A program made the position numbers and the translations under genes. The notes under the pieces are model-generated. The model worked only from the letters and a program-made list of their open reading frames with translations, was not told where the DNA came from and ran no database searches. A stretch of DNA of 64,000 nucleotides from the IMG/VR virus record IMGVR_UViG_3300033405_000003; one strand, 5' to 3'. Source of the DNA: a virus. Lineage: Duplodnaviria; Caudoviricetes. This document shows, one piece after another, positions 59,948 through 64,000 of this stretch (positions are counted from its first letter, which is position 1; each line of letters starts with the position of its first letter).

Positions 59948-60968
59948 CATCCAAGTCCCAGACAGTCGTGGACTGGATCGAGCGCGAGGTCGGCAAGCGT
60001 TTCCCGGACGGCGAGACGCTCCCGGCCGGTCAGCTCCGGGTGCGGGTCGCGATCCTCTGCTTCGATCTCCTCGAAGCCGCGGCGGGCGCGACCAACGTCG
60101 TGGGAGAGGGGACGAGGTTGCCGACGAGCCGCGACCAGGAAAGACTCACCGCGGCGAAGAAGGCGCTCGCGCTGGGCGAGCCGGCGACCGAGGCGGAGGC
60201 GTTCGAGCAGCTCGAGGAGCTTCACGACGCGATCCGCGCGCTCCAGTCGACCGACGACCTCGGCAGCGAGGAGCTGAACGCGAGGGCCATCCGCGACATG
60301 GACGACCTCATCGCGAAGCACGAACAGCTCAAGAAGCGTCTCGACAAGGGCGCGCGAACGAGGCCTTGACATGATTAGACATGAGACGATCGAAGTATCG
60401 GGAACGGTGCTTTACTGCGACGGCTGCAAGAAGCGCGGACCCGAGTCGGCCTACGACAACGTGCAGGACACGTGGGACCAGGCCGAGATGATGGGCTGGA
60501 CCCAGACGGACGACGACCGCGACCTCTGCGTGGAGTGCACGAAGAAAAAGGAGGGCGAAGAAAAGCCGTCCAAGAAGAAAGGTCAGCGCTGATGGGCGAA
60601 ACTGACAAGCCCCAGATACTGCGCGTGAAGAGCATCGCGAGCGGCCGGAGCCTCGATCCCCGCATCCACGGCGAGTGCATCTCGCTCGTCGCGGACGTGG
60701 ACGACGAGGACGCGCACTTCATGATCCCGCAGGAGTCATGGGAGAAGATCGTGCGCAACGCCGACTGGTTCAGGGAGCCGCGCGCCCCAGAAGAGAAGAC
60801 ATATGCCCAGGACCTCGAGAAGACGCTCAAGGCCCACCGCGTGCTTGCGCGCAAATGCGCGCAGTGCGGCGGCGAGCTGGCGTACCCTGGCGCGATTTAC
60901 TGCGGCGCCGGCTGCACGGCGCGAAGCGAAGCGCATGAGCCGCTCGGGTTCAAGGACACGGAGCCGCG

Positions 60969-61721
60969 ATGAGTTACCCCTTTCCCCACGAGCCGCCCAC
61001 CATCGAGCGACGCGGGCGCGAGGCGAGGTCCCGCTGCAAGTGCGACGAGTGCGAGCGGGAGGACGCCCGGGCGGTCGTCGTGTTCAACGTCGTCGCCGCG
61101 GGCTCGGAGGAGAACTACGACGGCACGCACTCGGTGTGCAGGCGCTGCCTCGAGAACGCGCTCGCCATGCTCAGCGACCCGGACCTCGTCAAGACGAGGA
61201 CGCCGCTCACGAACAGCGAGCACGCGGCGCGCAAGCTGGCGACGGAGGCCCACGGCTTCCAGAAGTACGACTCGGGCACGGAGCCCTACGTGGTCCACCT
61301 CGCCGAGGTGCGCGACGTGCTCGTCGAGTTCGGGTGGGGCGGCGACACGGAGCTGCTCGTCGCGGCGTGGCTTCACGACATCGTCGAGGACACGCGTGTC
61401 ACGAGGGCTTCGATCGAGGAGCAGTTCGGCGGGCGCGTCGGCAAGCTCGTGTGGTCCGTGACCGGCGAGGGCAAGACGCGCAGGGAGCGGAACGAGGACG
61501 CCTACGCGAAGATGGTCGAGCACCCGGACTCGATCATCCTGAAGCTCGCCGACCGCATCGCGAACGCGCGGGCCTCGAAGCAGACGAGCCCGGACGACCT
61601 CTTCCTGATGTACAAGTCCGAGCACGAAGCCTTCAAGGGGAGGCTCCACCCGGACAGCAGCCTCGTGCCGCGAAAGGACGCCATGTGGGTAACCCTGGAC
61701 CGCATCTACGGTGAGCCATGA
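60969..61721 (+). CDS. HD-domain (p)ppGpp hydrolase-like protein (Mesh1/small alarmone hydrolase) with N-terminal CxxC extension
   Basis: AHGFQKY..GTEPYVVHL, AAWLHDIVEDT, LKLADRIAN. Confidence 0.85.
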   Translation: MSYPFPHEPPTIERRGREARSRCKCDECEREDARAVVVFNVVAAGSEENYDGTHSVCRRCLENALAMLSDPDLVKTRTPLTNSEHAARKLATEAHGFQKYDSGTEPYVVHLAEVRDVLVEFGWGGDTELLVAAWLHDIVEDTRVTRASIEEQFGGRVGKLVWSVTGEGKTRRERNEDAYAKMVEHPDSIILKLADRIANARASKQTSPDDLFLMYKSEHEAFKGRLHPDSSLVPRKDAMWVTLDRIYGEP

Positions 61722-62527
61722 CGAAAGTGCGCGAGCGGCAGTACCGCGTCAGGTGGACGCTGGTTGAGAAGCACGAGGGCTTCATCACGGACGGCGACCA
61801 GGACGGCGACGCGTGGGAGGGCTCGAGGAAGTCGGCCGACAGCCTCGCAAAGGAGCTGGCCAAGATCGAGCGGCGCGAGCGGGCCGGGTTCACGTACAAG
61901 GTCGTGCCGGTGAACCCCGTGAAGCCTGCCAAGAAGGCGTCACCGTGACCCTCGGCGAGCTTTCCGAGTTCGTCGGGCCGCGGGGCGCGATCAAGCTCGC
62001 GTGGAACCGGCGCGAGGGCTGGTCGCTCTTCGTGGTCACGACGGACGGCACCACATAGGCCGGCAAGACGCAGGACGGCGACCTCGACGTGTTCGTGGGG
62101 CGCGCGCACGCGGCGCTCCGAGCCGGAGCGGCGAAGTCATGACCAAGGCCGGCGAGAACATGCGCGCCGACCCGCTGCGCGTCAAGCACGCGGACCTCGA
62201 GCGCTACAGGGACACGGAGAGCCCGTACAGGAAGCTCTGCCCGGCGTGTCGGAAGGGCGCGATGATGGTGCACCGAGACCCCGGGTCCATGGTGCTCTCG
62301 AGCGTGGACCGCTGCACGTGGTGCGGCCAGACGGTCGTCTACTCCGACGCGTTCATCAACGGCGAGCCCGTGGCGCACGCGGAGAACGACCCGAGCTGAG
62401 GGGGGGGCTTGCACATGCACCACAATGCGTTACAGTGGGAGTTAGGTAACGTTATGAGCGCGATCATCTACACCGCGGTCCTCGTCGTCTCCGTGCTCGT
62501 GGCGGCGGCCGGGAGAGGCCCGGTCTC

Positions 62528-63130
62528 ATGAAGACGAACCAAGAGCACCCCGGCATCCTCGCCCTGCGCGAGATCCTCCGCAGGATGCGCTCGGACGACC
62601 AGGACGGCTACTCGGACGTGGGCGAGGATGGCAAGTTCACGGGCACGGCGTACTTCAGCGGCCGTGGCCTCGGGATGGCGACGCCCGAGCAGCTCGACGC
62701 GCTCTTCGACCTCGCGGGCATCGTGCCCGACCCGATCGCTGTGAACGGCTCGTGCTCAGAGTGCGTCCACGGAGACGCCCGCGGCGGCGACCTCGGGTGG
62801 GGCCGGCCGTGCTGCGGCTGCTCGCGCCCGAAAATGACGCACTTCGTCCCCCTCGCGTCCGTCAAGGACAGCGCGCTCCGCCTCACGGACGACCAGGCCC
62901 AGATGCTCGGCAATCTCCTCGGGCGCGTCCCCGGGGAGAAGAGGACCTGGTGGGCGACCGGCATCGTCACGGCCAAGCAGTTCTCCGGCGCCTGGAACAA
63001 GCAGATCGACCACTGCTACCGGATCCGCGAGGCGATGAAGGAGCGCGGGCTCATCTCGGGCATCGACGACCGGGTCACGAACAAGGGCGAGCGCGCGCTC
63101 GCGCTCCACAAGCGGAAGCGGGCCGCATGA
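62528..63130 (+). CDS. Hypothetical Cys-containing protein
   Basis: Codon usage; CSECVH...CCGC. Confidence 0.6.
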   Translation: MKTNQEHPGILALREILRRMRSDDQDGYSDVGEDGKFTGTAYFSGRGLGMATPEQLDALFDLAGIVPDPIAVNGSCSECVHGDARGGDLGWGRPCCGCSRPKMTHFVPLASVKDSALRLTDDQAQMLGNLLGRVPGEKRTWWATGIVTAKQFSGAWNKQIDHCYRIREAMKERGLISGIDDRVTNKGERALALHKRKRAA

Positions 63131-64000
63131 CGTCCTTGATCTGTAGCGGTTGCGGCTGCTCGCTTCCGGCGGGCTACCGCGCATGCGACGGTGATAACCG
63201 CCACCAACCGGTCGGCGAGAAGGGCAAGGCGCGCCCGAAGACGACCTTCGAGATCCTCGACGCATGCCGCGTGACTCCTCCCAGCGCCGAGGTCGTGGAC
63301 GGGCAGAGAAGCTCGCGCCTTTGAGAGCCTTGATCGGCGGGCTCCCGCAGACGGGGCAGGCGTTCTCCCCCGCGAAGATCTCGACGGCCCGGAGCAGCGT
63401 GAGCATGCGGGCGTTGCGCCTCGTGCGCCATTCGGCCTGCTGGGCCTCGGTCTCCTGGATCGCGAGGACGGCCTGGGCGACGTCTTTCGACGACGCAGCG
63501 AGGACGCGCAGCGCTTCCGTGTGGGACCCATCTATGCTCACGTCCGATGCCTCGAGCGGGGAGGGATCGGCGGCGGCGTCTCGAGGAGGGCGTCGATCCA
63601 GGCCTTGCCCGCCATGAAGAAGAACCACGCGGGCGCGCGCAGCAAGGCGCAGCTCAAGAAGATCTCGGGCGACCTCGACAGGCTGGCGGACAGCGTCGCG
63701 TCCTGCCAGCCGCTCTTCGAGAGCGGCGAGGTGGTCCTCGTGCCGATGGGCGACCGCTGGGGCATCCAGGTCAGCTCGGAGCTGATCGAGGCGCTCGGCA
63801 CGGACGCCGTCCTCAAGTTCGTCACGAGGGACAAGACCCGATGAAGCTCGCCGAGGACGTCGAGCGGCTCGAAGCGGAGAACCGCAAGCTCAAAGAGGAG
63901 CTTGAGGAGCGCGATGCGGCGCCGAAGTCCGACTCGTTCTACGACACCAGCGTCCGCGCGGTAGAACGGCCTCGATCGCTCCCTCGCCGGCGGCCGTCAT

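Overview
High-GC (roughly 70% by eye), gene-dense segment that looks like part of a large bacterial virus genome. Well over 100 short ORFs lie almost all on the + strand, with ATGA/GTGA overlaps; no terminase, portal, tail or polymerase gene is recognisable in this window. A myxobacterial (Polyangiaceae-like) host is inferred from sigma54-type promoters, two copies of a KRATTYF-type DNA-binding protein and a host-like TPR protein. The left ~14 kb looks like an early region: G-rich 37-bp tandem repeats, a HicA-like toxin paired with an acidic repeat protein, an AAA ATPase operon, sigma54 -24/-12 promoters with 8-bp periodic operator arrays, and apparent absence of CTCGAG. The rest carries FtsK without its gamma domain, a Dam-type methylase, an SNF2 helicase, nucleotide and stress enzymes (NDT-like, MazG-like, DHFR, Pth2, HAD, NT5C, DEDDh exonuclease, Mesh1-like HD), M41-like and S53 proteases and small membrane proteins. 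Best candidates for undescribed systems: (1) a DIP1984-like helical protein followed directly by a ~225-nt structured RNA whose closing stem encloses an AG(C) heptamer array (21880-22640); (2) a small protein ending in Gly-Gly with a Cys-motif partner split by a foreign insert (33085-34878); (3) a phage sigma54 regulon with periodic operators. All family calls come from motif recognition by eye; no searches were run.
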